DNA of 64,000 nucleotides from Selaginella moellendorffii. Taxonomy: Eukaryota > Plantae > Lycopodiophyta. Location of the stretch: contig NW_003314263.1 in NCBI RefSeq assembly GCF_000143415.4, positions 3,354,956-3,418,955 on the forward strand, in the 5' to 3' direction. The position numbers and the translations under genes were made by a program. The notes beneath the pieces are model-generated. The model saw only the letters and a list, made by a program, of their open reading frames with translations, did not search any database and had not been told where the DNA came from. Below, piece by piece: positions 24,641-37,559 of this stretch; position 1 is the stretch's first letter, and the number at the start of each line of letters is the position of its first letter.

Positions 24641-25924
24641 CTACATCTCCTTTTGTATCTTCTTTTGGATTTCACAAATGGTGGTGATTGCTAGAAAGAG
24701 TCCAGTTCCAGAACCAATCACTCCCATCATATTTGCAGCCACGGAAACAACACCAATACCAAACCCTCCAAGCGCTGCTGCCACTGGAATGTACCGGTCG
24801 AGCTCCTTTTTGGTCTGGGAGCTCCTGTGTCCTGGGATTGTCAATCCTTGCTCTTTCCACTCTTTCGCTATATCCTTGGAAGACGATCCAGACAATTCAA
24901 GCCATGCCTTGGAGATTAGAGTGCTAGACACCACCGTGAAGACTGAGTAAATGAGAAAATGGAATGGCTCTTGGATCATGCTCGACGGTGGATGAAAAAC
25001 CTTGTATATAGTTCCTCCCAAAGCGCCCATAATAAAATTCCTGTAACCAAATACGTGCCCCAGGCCTTCGTAAACCTTGCCCACGCTACTTGCGAGCTGA
25101 GTTAAGAACATAATTGGAGTCGTTGCCGTGTAGAACAGACGGATTGAATGATTCATATACTGGCCCCTTCCGTTTGTCACTCTGATGATCATGTTGAGAG
25201 ACTGAAGATATAATATCCCACAAATCACAACAATTGTCAAGATCAGTGTCGAGAGATTTGGGAGATAATATCTGAAGAATGAATGGCGAACTGTCCTTAC
25301 GTTGCAGCTGGATATCAACCCCCGAACCAACTCTACAACCGATCCTTCAAATTCGTCGACTCCTCGAAAGTTGGCGGTGACAGGGCTAAACGCGTGCCAA
25401 ATCACGTCCTCACAAACGCTGCACGCAGTGAAAACGGAAATTGCTGATTGCCCAACACCATATCCCTTTTCTAAAAATTCGTCCATGTAGATTAGCATCA
25501 TAACTGCTAGAACCAGCTGCAAGATCACCAACAGCGAGCTAATCATACCAATTGGGCCATACACTCCCCCAACAATGTTTAAGATCGCCAACACGACTGT
25601 GAAACACACCCCCGCCATCTTTTGTAGCTTGTTGATGGAGTCCTTCTCTTTGATGCAAATAATCTTTCCACCAACTAAAAGCTGGATTGCCATACTTGCC
25701 GTTGCAATCGGACCAATACCCAAATCCATCAGTGTCCCATTTGCGTAGATCCCATAGAGTGGCAATCTACTGCTAATCATGTACACAGACACACACAAGA
25801 CTGTGTTTGCGACCTTTGTTCCCAGTGGAATCCGCAACTTTGGACTCTCAATCTCCACACTGAAAAGCTTGGTGGCCCCTGCAAACAGTCTACTCGCAGC
25901 TCCCTTCATTGTGGACAAAGCCAT
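24641..25924 (-). CDS. Divergent, intronless Sec61-alpha (SecY family)
   Basis: GTLMDLGIGPI, DEFLEKGYG, AFSP...EFEG, IRLFYT, ELSGSSSKDIAK..KEQ...PGHR...ELDRYIP.AAALGG, GSGTG; TATA-like TTATAAATA ~40 bp upstream. Confidence 0.92.
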   Translation of the reverse strand: MALSTMKGAASRLFAGATKLFSVEIESPKLRIPLGTKVANTVLCVSVYMISSRLPLYGIYANGTLMDLGIGPIATASMAIQLLVGGKIICIKEKDSINKLQKMAGVCFTVVLAILNIVGGVYGPIGMISSLLVILQLVLAVMMLIYMDEFLEKGYGVGQSAISVFTACSVCEDVIWHAFSPVTANFRGVDEFEGSVVELVRGLISSCNVRTVRHSFFRYYLPNLSTLILTIVVICGILYLQSLNMIIRVTNGRGQYMNHSIRLFYTATTPIMFLTQLASSVGKVYEGLGHVFGYRNFIMGALGGTIYKVFHPPSSMIQEPFHFLIYSVFTVVSSTLISKAWLELSGSSSKDIAKEWKEQGLTIPGHRSSQTKKELDRYIPVAAALGGFGIGVVSVAANMMGVIGSGTGLFLAITTICEIQKKIQKEM

Positions 25925-26239
25925 CACTTGGTGTTTAGGTTTTTCCTTAGATCGGTCTACTTATTTATAAGATCCGGGGAAAAGGTTCCGTTATTATAAA
26001 AAAAAAGGCTTAAGTTTTAACTCTTTCAAAAAAAAAATTCCGCGATTCTTAGAAAAGGCAGTGACTCTGGCATCATTTTTTTTCTTTGGACAAATTTCTT
26101 CCCTTTTAAGAGAAGAAAATAAGCGATTATGTGTAATCTGGAGACATCTTAAATTACTAAACACAAAAACTTCTTATTCTTTTCTATTAGCAAAAGAGTA
26201 TATGAGAAAACAAAGTAGAACAATTATCTATAAGTCGTC

Positions 26240-27464
26240 CTATGCGTCTTTGAGCGTGTAAAACGATTCAAGGTGGCTCTTGCCGACTGCTCTTCGCTCT
26301 CCATAAGATTTGCGATAGTCCCTGTAGATGAAAGGTGGGTGCCTCACCGGATGTTCGTCGTCCACGAGCCCTTTTGCCGGGACGATGAGAGCGTCGGCCT
26401 CGGGGATGAGGAAGAAAGCCATGGACAGTCGGCTCCGCTCGCTGTTGAGCACAACCTGGTGCTGGACGCTGGGATAGATGTCATTGCTCAGCACCTGTGA
26501 GTAAATCCGAGCATCAGAGGAGAGAAACTATACAACGAAGAAGAAAGGCTTTCTTACCTGGAGAGTGTCTCCAACGTTGACAACCACGGTGCCAGGCTCG
26601 GGCTTGACCGCGATCCATCGGTTGTTCTTGAGAATCTGGAGGCCGCCAACGTCGTCTTGGTGAACGATGGTGATGAGGATCGGGTCGGCGTGTGGACGCT
26701 GTCCCAGGGTCTGCTGCGGCTGAGGACAGGGCGGATAGTAGCAAACGCGAACTGTAGACTTGTCGCCTTTTGTAGCAGTGTACTTGCTAAACGTCGAAGG
26801 CTCCAGTCCAAGCGCAATGGCCATGAGCTCGACGACCTCGATCGCGAGCTTTTGGTAGGCATCGATGTAGTTATGAACGCTCGCACTGGGAAAGAAAAGT
26901 GAGACAGGCACAACGAGATGAAAAACAAGCTAACCTTAGCTCATTAAAGTTTTCGGGAGAAACTTGCCGGATCATGTTGTCTGTGACCTCCTTGTCACCC
27001 GAGAAATGAAACGCTTCCAGCCATGCTTTGGAGAAGACGGACTCGGCTCCAAAGTAGTAACCAATTATGCTATCTGGAAGCCGCACTGCCTTCTTCTTTT
27101 GCTCCAGCGGCAGAGCAAAGAGCTCCTTCCCCTCCGACTCCAGCTTTTCAGTAACATCGCTTAGAACCCCGTGGTTAACAAGCCGGAAGAATCCCCACTC
27201 TCTGGCGGCTTCCATGAGATCCTTGAGCCCCTTTGACCTGGTTGCGGCATCCTCGGACCTCAGCAACGAGATATCGATGATGGGGACGGTGTCCTCGTCG
27301 TTGTAATCGTTGTAAGCAACCTTTGGCCACTCCTCTTGAGACCAGACGTAGTCATCCAGAGTTAAAGAGCCTTGCAAAAACGTAGTGAGCTTGTAGTCAA
27401 CACCGCCTTGAGTACCGCCTTGAGTAGGAGCCATCTTCGAATGCTTGGGAAGCTTGACCACCAT
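26240..27464 (-). CDS. 2-oxoglutarate/Fe(II) dioxygenase (DOXC; GA20ox-like), 3 exons
   Basis: VPIIDIS...EWGFFRLVNHG; YYPPCPQP..HADP; H(QVV) and RLS motifs. Confidence 0.92.
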
Positions 27465-27957
27465 CTATATAGCAGCGCGGAGCTTCTACTCTGGGCCCTG
27501 GTCTTTTGTCCACAACCATGCTGCCACCGGACTACGTAATTGTCTAAAACGAATAGTTGACGACCCCAACGTATCCTGTCCGCACCCTCATTCTTGCGGC
27601 TCCTGTTTGGCCAGCTTCACTGCCGGACAATCGTATATGCCACCATGTGGATACTCGCTCTAAAGTCTACTCGTAAACTGTGGCAAAAAAGAAACAAGGA
27701 CGTAAGTTTCACGACATGACCAAAATGACAGAGGCTACCTTACAAGGATGTTCTGGTGGAGTCAAGGCGGAAGAGCACTGTAGTATAGCAAAGGAAGGTT
27801 ATTATATTTATAAAACGCCTGAACAAAAAAGAAAGCACAACAAAAAAAAAAAGAAAAAGAAAAAAACCACTACATCTTTAGCCACAGGGTCAGAATCGGT
27901 GCGTGCAGGCAAAAAATGTGATCCCATATACATACTACACCAAAGTTTCCTTCCCTT

Positions 27958-29496
27958 CTAAATTGTAGCACCTACAACGTTGCGTGCTGCCTCCCTCTTC
28001 AGTTGTGCCGCTTTGCCTGTACCCCGGAAGTACGCATACACCTCCTGCCAAGCCATAGTCATTAGTAGGATTCTTACGTAGATTGAGATTGCAGTGTATT
28101 ACCCGGAGAACCCATAGGCTGAGGAGAGATTCCAGGACAAAAAGGCCAAAGCCAACGAGATAGAATATCTGTTCAACCAAGACTCAATAACAGAACATAT
28201 TATAACACTAAACATACCCCGATTATGACACTGTCAGAGAAGATCTGAATCGCTGGTAGAATGCCCCTGCATAGAATATGAAATTAGTATAGCAGTAGAT
28301 AGCACATCGCCGCTTACGTCAATGATCTTCCTTTGAACACAATGGGAGGAGCGACGGCGCAGAAGATGCAAAACAATATGTGAAACTGCACGCACACCAA
28401 CATTACTAAGCTAACAAAACGTATCAAGCCACTAACAACGTACCAAATACGCGATGAAGAACCATCCGAACTTAAGAGCACTCTCTGACCTGCAAGGAAC
28501 GTGTGATTTCCCTCGTGGCTAGCAAACGACAATTGCCTCCAACGCACCTCATAGCCCGATACAGGGGTCTGTACCAGAGGAAATATGATCCGGGAAAGCC
28601 TGCCAGGATGTAGATGATGGCCAGAAACCATATCTGCACACCTGTAAACACGAACGCTCGTAAGCACAAAGCTTCCAAAAGCTTAGAAAACCATTACCAT
28701 ACGAGGCACTGACAGTCTTCTGGATCCAGGCTCCGGTGACGGAAATGAAGTTCCATGTCAGGCACAGGAGAATTCCGAGCCAGCTTCCGTAAGCAAAGTA
28801 CTGCATGCGCTGCAAGTAGGCCGGGATATCAGCCGCAATGTCATGGTGTAGGATCGGGAAAAAGCGTGGCCAGTTCTTCTCCTCCAACACAATACCAGCT
28901 GGTTAAAGCCGAAGTGTTAGCAAAGAGGAGAAAACGAAGAACACAAAGCACTAAAGAACCTCTTGCAGCAGCATCCTCTCGCCTTTTCACGTCGGCTTCT
29001 CGCTTTCGAAGTTGTTCCTCCTTGTCTTTCAGTTCCTTCTCGCGCTTCTTGAGATCCTAGAGAGAGAGAGAGAGAAAGAGTTAAGACCATTCGCGTAGCT
29101 TTCGTCTCGCTCACCTTCATGTTGCCCAAGGGAATTTCCACGGTAGCATCGCCCACCGAGGTACGCTCCGGTGCTAGCGGAGATATCGAATTCACCTGAG
29201 GAACATTGTATGGTTTCTGGAAGAACAAAAAAGTTTTATCTTTTAGCTCGCATCCCCGAGGGAAAAAAAAAAGAGAGAAAGGAGACAATTCTAGCGATAC
29301 CGATTCATAGAAATTGTTGCCGAGATAGGATGGCTTCCCAGTCATTTGAGCACGCACAGCCGGATCCTGGAGTAGGAAAAAAAGAAAGAAAGAAAACCTA
29401 TCAATTCCAGACCATCTGCTTCTTCCTAGAATTTCTCACCGAGAAGGGATTGACGTCTTCCTCATCGAATGGATTCGAATCGTAGCGGGACGCCAT
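27958..29496 (-). CDS. Secretory carrier membrane protein (SCAMP), multi-exon
   Basis: [19 protein letters not shown]; [16 protein letters not shown]; [11 protein letters not shown]; [11 protein letters not shown]. Confidence 0.93.
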
Positions 29497-29825
29497 GCCT
29501 GGGGACGAGGATTGGAAGATCTAGACTCACTTCAGCGCCAAACGCCGGTGCATTTGCCGCGGAATCCACAACCTAGCTACAAATCCAAACCCTAAAGCCT
29601 GTTGCCGCAAAGATCTGAGCTATAGCTCACCGGATCCGCGTCCTTTTGCTTTCTTGGACTTCGGCGCGGAAGGACCGCCGCTCTTTCACTTCCCCGCAAA
29701 AGCCCTGGGAAAAAAACTAAGTGGCTTTGATATTGGAAGCATCTCCACCGTCCGAGGGCGTCCAATCGCCACCGTCGATCGAAACGCACTAAAGACTTGT
29801 CATTCGTTTCGACTCAAGAAAAACT

Positions 29826-30310
29826 CGAAACGAAAGTTACAGTCTAAATCTTTTGCAAGCACTGAAAGTTCATGGAAAAGCAAAAGAACCATTCGCGAAA
29901 AATTTGAACCAGTTTACCTTGGATCGAAACGAAACTGAGAGATCTTAGCTTCCTTCTTAAAATCGTTTGTAAGCATTGAAAGTTAATGGGTAAAAGAAAT
30001 GAATCATTCGCGAAATTTTGAACTAGTTTACCTTGCAAACTTAGAGATCTTCGCTGTTCTTCTTAAAATCTTTTGCAAGCTAGGAAACATTCGCGAAAAC
30101 TTGAAACTAGTTTACCTTCTATGAGGTATATCATCGAAACGAAACTTAGAGATCTTTGCTGCTCTTCTCAAAATTTGGCAAGCACTGATGAAAGTTCAAG
30201 GGAAAAAAAAAAATGAATTACTCGCAAAACTTTGAAACTAGTTTACCTTGTATGAACTCTTCTCAACAAACACTGCAAGGGAAAAGAAAAATGAATCAGT
30301 CGCAAAAACT
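29826..30310. repeat. ~4.5 imperfect tandem repeats of 100-115 bp
   Basis: CGAAACGAAAC..AGAGATCTT...AAATCTTTTGCAAGC...CATTCGCGAAA...AGTTTACCTT recurs. Confidence 0.85.
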
Positions 30311-30714
30311 ACCAAAGAATTATATCATCTTTACTGTTTCACTTAAGGACATCTCCTGATGTTGGTCTTTGGGATGGTCCCAAGCTTTTCCCTTCTGGGG
30401 ATCATGAAATCTCTCTACCAATCTTCACTCTTGCTGACACCGTGTGAGTGTATACTCGACGCAACTCGGCGTCTAAAGCACCACACCTGAATAAAATCCA
30501 TGTATCTTCGTTCGTAAGTCATGAAATGAGATGTTTGTAGATAGTAACGCTTTGTATCTCCCTAAGGAAGCGCTCTCTGTCTTCTCGAACAAAGAAGGGC
30601 TGGTTGCCACAAATACGTATAGGTACCTTGCTTGACGATCCTCAACCAATCTCTCAAAGAAAAGCAAAGTGGTTATTAAAGAGAAAGTAGTATGCTTCCT
30701 CCCTGTATTGGCTG

Positions 30715-30965
30715 CTTGTTGTGTGACTTTAATTTGGTAGTCCAAACTCATTGACACAGAGATTGTCTTCCCAAGCATTAAGTTTCCTTCTCCACTCCAG
30801 CACTTCAGATGTATAATTGATTTGCTTGCTATCTGCATAAGTTTGTAAATCCAATGCCATATGTTCTAGGGGTTGTGGAGTGGGTATGTTTGTTATCTTC
30901 TTCTAGAAATTATAAGGATTCCAAGCAAAATTCTAGAATTGTTTAGAGATCATGAAGCATCGTAT
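30715..30965. pseudogene. Rearranged relic of the PPR gene 3' end
   Basis: ~30720-30797 is an inverted copy of ~41891-41965; ~30797-30965 is a direct, deleted copy of ~41968-42180. Confidence 0.8.
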
Positions 30966-31003
30966 AGTATGAACTTTTAACAAAGTTTAGGTTAATTTAA
31001 GGT

Positions 31004-32231
31004 ATGGCGTATAGGAACTGGGATGGCATGCTAGACAAGAAGAAAAGCAGGAAATTGGATCCCTCAATCTGGTCGCGGCTTCCCCAGGACATCCAACACC
31101 GCCTCATCACTTTCCTCCCATTCCCCACGCTCTGCCGCTTCCGCTCCCTCTCCAAGGATTGGTGCGCAGCAATCCAGCAGCAGCCACCGCGGCAGCAGTG
31201 GTACATTGCCCTTGGCGACGTCTGTGGCAAGTTTCTCATCTCACCCAACGCCATCTCCTGGAAGGAGTTCACTCTCCCCCTTCCAAGGGAAGCCCGGATC
31301 TTTGCCTTGAGCACTTGCTCGGCAGGCTTGGTACTGAGCTATGACTCGACGTTTGCGAGATATTTTGTGGTGCTGAATCCGCTACAACAGACGAGGCGAG
31401 AACTGGGGTGTCCGATGCTGGAGGGTGATCACGAAATGATCTTCGCTGCTATTCAGTCGGCACCACCCTCTGGATCATGGTTTGTTGTAGTCGTGACCAT
31501 AGAGACCAGCTATGGGGTCATGGTGTTCCACCTGTACGATTCGAGGGCCGCGGCGTGGATATCTTCTACGGAATTCACCCCTGTCCAGGAGGATGAAGAC
31601 CTCGTATGCGGTGTCAGAATGAATTGCATCAACTATTCCAACAACTGCATGCTGCTCCAGAACGATCACTTGTACTTTTTAACTGTTTCACCGGGCAATG
31701 TGAGGAGGCTTAAATCGTTCAACGTGTGGAACCCTAAGGCCACCCTTCGAACTCTGGCAACCTGGAATAATCTTCCCTTGGGATTTGAACGGCAACCTTG
31801 GTACGAGGTGGACATGTCCCTCGTCTCAAGTGGAGGTAAGGAAAGAGAGTTGTTTTGTATATGCTGACGACTTTGATTTTGCAGGGAAGATAGTGATTGG
31901 CATGCTCGAAACACATGACAGAAACACAGACGTTAGAACCCTCAGGGTTTGTTTTGTGTATCTGGACGAGGAGAGTTGCAGCTGGCGGGCAATGGCATCC
32001 TTGAGCTTGGGCACTGTTAAAATTCCCAAGTTGATCAAAAAACCCGGAAGAATCTTTATGGTGGCTGCTGGAAATGAACACACTACGGAGGTGACACTGC
32101 TCTTTCATTATAGGTGGAGCTGCATCTTTGATTTGGCTTCTGGAACGTTGCGTAGCAGTAGAAGTTCAAAGAAACAAATGCCGGCTTTTGTTCCCTTCCA
32201 GCCCTCCTTCCATCCCAAACTTTTCCTTTGA
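31004..32231 (+). CDS. F-box protein (2 exons, intron 31836-31884)
   Basis: LDPSIWSRLPQDIQHRLITFLPFPTLCRFRSLSKDW; C-term PFQPSF. Confidence 0.88.
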
Positions 32232-33339
32232 CATATTATATAGTTTTCAAAACTTCGCTGCTCTCTTGGCAATTAAACTTAAAATTAATATAAAAATCTA
32301 AGAGTGAGAACCCATGTATAGAACAATATAAATCAGCGCCAAGAACACACCCAATCCATTAAAATGTGTTAGCGAGAGAAACTGCCTTTTGACTACTTAT
32401 CAAAGCATTGTAAAAGTCAATGCCTTATGCTAATCTTTTAATTTTCTTTTAACTTCTCGCCACCTTTTAGCGACAATGCCAAAGACAACTATAGGAATAG
32501 ACCGCTGATTATTCGTGCACTACAGATCTATGCTAGAAAAGTAAATAGTGGTCAGAGTGGAGAAGTGCTCAAGAGGGAGATGAAACGACTCACTAGAGAA
32601 CAAGAAAGGCCCTGTTGTAAGGGCTTGAGGTCAGATATTGAAGGGAGCTACAAGCTCGAGGAGAGGCTACTCTTTGTTGCGATGAGCGATGGCTTCCCAG
32701 TGTTGTGGCAAAAACCATTTTGATGGAGAACTCTAATGTGGATGAAGAGGAGGTGCTGGATCAGATCCCCAAGAGGGCACGACACTGGAAGGAGTGCAAG
32801 GTAATGGATGAAAATTCTCTTGGAATCAAATGACTAGAAGAGAAAGAAGAAGCTAGTGGAGGATTGAAATTAGTGTAGTGAACTAAAAGTGAGGTTTGAG
32901 CATATTTTAGATTTACTTCAATGCTATGCACATATCAACGTTGCCTCTAGTAAATGGGTATATATACTGAAAAGAACTTAAGAGTTGCGAAGATGGCCTA
33001 GCTTGTCAAAAACATCCTCCTGGAGCCTCAGTTCCGCGCCAGTCATGCACAAATTAAGGTGAATTGGGATGCTTGAGAAGGTAAGTTGGCAATATTCAAT
33101 CATCTAACTATTTGTTAATCCTTAATTGAATCAAAATCAATCCAGAGAGATAATGAAAAGTATCAAACTCTTCCCTCATCATAGCACGGAGCTTCTGTAA
33201 TGGTAGTAGTGCGATCTTGGCAGCCTGCAACAAAATCATCAAAATACACAACAGTTGCAAAGCATTTGTGCCTTGTGTGCGTTCCTTCCTTTATCTTCGT
33301 GCTTTTGTTTTCGAGGGAAGTCCCAAAAAGAATGTGATC

Positions 33340-34513
33340 TCACTTGTTGACGAACGTAGTTTTCACGCCACCTAAAAATTCTCGCCGTGAGAACAATCCC
33401 ACAGACCGACCTTGTCAATCCATACCTGGGACTTCTTCGAAGATAACTTCGCGGATATTTTCCGAGTCCATGTAGTACTCGAAGCTGCCAAAGCTCTCTA
33501 CTCAATGCATAGAACGATGGAAAGCGAATGAAACTACTGACCGATTCGAGAAGCAAACTTCGAGCGGTGTGTCGAGCTTTCTCGTGGCCTCCTGGAGGAT
33601 GGTAACGATCTCGGTCTTGTGCGTGCTGGCGAAGAGGCAATCGTACTCGGTTGACACGGACAAGGCGAAGAAATTGTCGTTGAGCTCGCTGAGGAGGACT
33701 TTCTCGATGGCTGAGAGGGAGATTCGGCGCTTGAGTGTGAACCAATCCGCGTCAAGGCTGTAGAGAGCCACATCTGTGATGAGAAGGACGCGCTTGCGAA
33801 CTTTGGATCGGCGGTTCACTTTGATCACGTTATCCGCAAACAATACTTGTCTATCACCTGGAGGAAAATCAAGACAGCATATATGGATCGCAAAGGAGAG
33901 GAGAAAAAGGAGAAAAAAAAAAGGTCCAGGAACTCAAAAATGGATCCAAAGAAGGAAAAGAAAAAAGAGAAAAGAAAAGAGGAAGGAAAAAAAAACAACT
34001 TTTCACGTTTTCTAGCAAAATCGAGCATCGCACCATCCAGGAAAATGGATGCAAAAGAGAGAGGAAAAAAAAGTGGAATCTGAGACGAAAGCACGCAAGA
34101 ACAACGACAAAAACAAGCCTTTCACGCTTTCCAAACAAGATAAAAACAAGAGCACGCAAGAAAGAGCTTCTATCAAAATCGAAATCATCACACCCTCCAG
34201 GAACTCAAATTGGATCCAAGAAAGTAAGAGCACGAAGAAAAACTAGAAATCCAACTCCACGGGACAAATCCGAGCGAGAATTCATACCTTGCTTGGTGAG
34301 GAGCTTGAGAATGTGCTGATTCCCCGCGACGTTGATGTAATCCCCCTGGAACTGGCGATACATGGAAGATCGGCGCCGGACCTTGACACCCATGAATGGC
34401 TCCTGGGCCTCCGTGGTAAGCGTGGGATTCGCACGGAGGCGCGGCGCCTCAACCTCGCCGCCGTCAGCGGCAGCGCCATTCTCCCCCTCCTCGACACGAA
34501 CCCTCCTCGCCAT
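33340..34513 (-). CDS. Stand-alone Myosin_TH1 (class I myosin tail) domain protein
   Basis: EPFMGVKVRRRSSM..FQGDY; LFADNVIKVNRRSKVRKRVLLITD..LY; LKRRISL..I..V.LSELNDNFF; four exons in frame. Confidence 0.85.
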
Positions 34514-35435
34514 CGCCAAAATAACAAGAACAAAAGGGACAGAATATTCGCCACTTATCCTTATTCCTAAAAAGCCCGTACGAAATTCCTGGGGAAAAAG
34601 AATCTCGAATCTCTCGGACCATGTCATAGTCGCCACGTCACTTTCAGCGATTTGCTACCACGTGTCATTGTCTAGGGCCACCCATTAATGCTGGCGCCAT
34701 TAAGTGCATGGATGTATGGGTATGGGTATGTATGTATGCTGACCCATGGATGGGCATGGCATGGCATTATGGAGGGCTGCCTCCATAGCCAGTGGAGCCA
34801 GAGTAGCTCTATAGCCTCTGCGAAGAACAAGCGTTCTCCCTCTCCAATGCCGAGGGGATGGGAGATGGGATTCTCTCTGGCGCCCTCGTCCTAGGGGCTG
34901 GGCAGTAGGGTTCTTGCGCGCTTTCTTTCTCCCGTGTCGCGGCGATGGCGTGTTTGATCGGTGTTTGATCCTATGAAGCTGGAAATCGCAGGTGAGCGAG
35001 CAATGTGTGGCGAATTCGTTGATTGATGCCCGTTTGTGGTGTGATCCTACTTTCCAGGTGGAGCTTTTGCTGCCTGTTGATGGAGGAGACAATGTGAGTG
35101 GAATTTGGATCATGGCCGAGATTTTTCTCTCTTTTTTTTTCCTTCTCTCTCGCTAAAGTGGTGGTGTTTTGTAGAAGGGATTTTTCCTCGACTAGAGACC
35201 ACCACGACTGTGAGAAAGAGATGTAAGTTATAAGTTCTTTCTTCTCTTTGTTTTTGCTAGCTCTAGTCTCTTGGGCTGTGATGAGCAAACAAATCACCGA
35301 GAAGGACAAGCAAAGCTTTGCTAAATGGCTGCTCACTTGCGCTCTGATGCTCTCTTCGTTGTTTCTTTTCCTTCCTTGCATAGCTACTTCTTTGTTTAAG
35401 CTTTGTGATGTTTGTGACTTTGGCAGCCTTTTGGT

Positions 35436-37107
35436 ATGGCTGCAGATCAAAGACCGTCCAATTCTCCTAGATCAAGCAAGGTACATTTCGTCCTTTTGGA
35501 TCTCTCGTTTTTTCTTCTCACGCTTGCTTTGCTTGGTTTGTGTGATCCACAGCCAACTTCCGCGTCCATTACAAGCGTGAACTCCACCGAGATTTACTAC
35601 TCGCGTCAAAAGGCTGCGTCCGATAGGAACTTGGAGCTCGACAGTAACGCTAACACAAACTGGGACAACCCTTGCATGGCTGACACCAGTCCACTTACAG
35701 ACAACTCCACAGACGTTGAGCCTTCCCCAAAGGTATCCAATCCTCCTCGAGTTTCTTTGCAAGGAATTCTTTTTTCTTTCTCTTGGAAATGCGCTAAAGT
35801 TTTGCTTGTGTTTCAAGGCCGGAAAATCAGCTATAGTTTCCACTGTTCATGACACCAACAAGAATGCAGATACCAAGGTAGAGCTTTCTAAGCGTGCTGG
35901 ATCAGTTTTCACGAGTTTCTTTGTTTGCAGACGCTGAGGAGACTCGCGCAAAACCGAGAAGCAGCACGCAAGAGCCGGCTAAGGAAAAAGGTGTGTTTTC
36001 TATAGAAAAAAGAATCTTCAGTGAGTTCTAAATCTTCGAAGTGGTGTCCAGGCGTATGTGCAGCAACTAGAGTCCAGCAGAATTAAATTAAACCAGCTTG
36101 AACAAGAGCTCCAACGTGCTCGACAACAGGCAATCATAGAAATCTATTTTTCTCCTCCAAACTCATAGAATAATCTGCAGGGGTTTTACTTTGGAGGCTC
36201 GTCCAGCGATCAAAATGGAGGCAACACCAACAATACCAATGCTGCAAACTCTGGTCAGTCCAAACTTCTGAACTTCCGAAAGTTTATCTCATCAGAGTTT
36301 TTGTTTGTCCCAGGTGCATTGGCATTTGACATGGACTACGCGCGATGGATGGAAGAACACCAGAGGCAAGTTAGCGAGCTCCGATCCGGCTTGCAAGCAC
36401 ACATGGCTGACAACGAGCTTCGTGTTCTAGTCGACGGCTTTATGTCGCATTACGACGAACTCTTCCGCCTTAAAGGCGTTGCTGCGAAAGCCGATGTCTT
36501 CCACCTCGTCTCTGGGATGTGGAAAACTCCCGCCGAGAGGTGTTTTATGTGGATGGGTGGCTTCAGGCCATCAGAACTTCTCAAGGTACTTGGTCTTTCA
36601 GTTTTTTCTTAGCTTGGGTCTTCGTTTCCATCGTTTTCCATATACTGATCGATGGTTTTGTTTGTCTCCAGATATTGATTCCACAGCTCGAGCCTCTCAC
36701 CGAGCAGCAGCTTTTAGGAATTTGTAACTTACAGCAGTCGTCACAGCAGGCCGAGGACGCTCTCTCGCAAGGGATGGAAGCTCTCCAGCAATCACTCGCG
36801 GACACACTGGCTGCCGGCTCCCTGGGAAACTCCCCCAACGTAGCGAACTACATGGGACAAATGGCCATGGCAATGGGAAAGCTCGGAACTCTCGAGAACT
36901 TTGTTCGCCAGGTAACGCGAGCCGCGATCTTTCTTTCTCGCTGATAATTCTTTGGCGCAGGCAGATAATCTCCGCCAGCAAACGCTGCAGCAAATGCACA
37001 GGATTCTAACCACGAGACAAGCCGCTCGGGGGCTCCTTGCGATGGGGGACTACTTCGCGAGGCTGCGAGCTCTAAGTTCTCTATGGTCGGCGCGGCCCAG
37101 GGAGTGA
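35436..37107 (+). CDS. TGA-class bZIP transcription factor (bZIP + DOG1 domain)
   Basis: TLRRLAQNREAARKSRLRKK; KADVFHLVSGMWKTPAERCFMWMGGFRPSELLK; LQQSSQQAEDALSQG; RLRALSSLW. Confidence 0.96.
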
Positions 37108-37559
37108 AGTATCTCGATCGCAAAGAGAAGTTCTTCGCGGGCTCCATAAACAAAGTAAGAGCTCCTCAAAGCTGGCGATGCTTTTCTTCATTGTTTTTGC
37201 TTTGCTTTGCTTTGCTTCACAGGAAATAGCCAAAGTGTTCACGTGAAAGGAAAAACATCACGATTCACGGGTGTATGATATCAAAAGCTGTTTAAACTGT
37301 AAACTGGTTGGTTGGTTTTCTCCGAGTTTTGTTTTCCAATTGTTTTTCTTTTTTCCAGAATTTTTCGCTTTTGTACTGTAGAGCCAGCTATACGCTGTAG
37401 TCTGCGGCTTTGGATTCACATACATAACTTTACCTCGAGGACTGGAGCTGTAAGTGTACGGAAGTGGCCAGCTTGCAAGCGGACATTATCCGTCCATGCA
37501 AGGCATGCCTCAAAGGAATATCTTCTGGCTTTGGGTACGTACGAGGGCAATTCTTGAGT

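Noticed and set aside
11257-30310. Tandem arrays as CRISPR-like repeats
   Set aside because: Units are wholly homologous with no unique spacers; eukaryotic context and no cas genes.
32560-32850. Purine-rich coding-like fragment
   Set aside because: No open frame or recognisable family.
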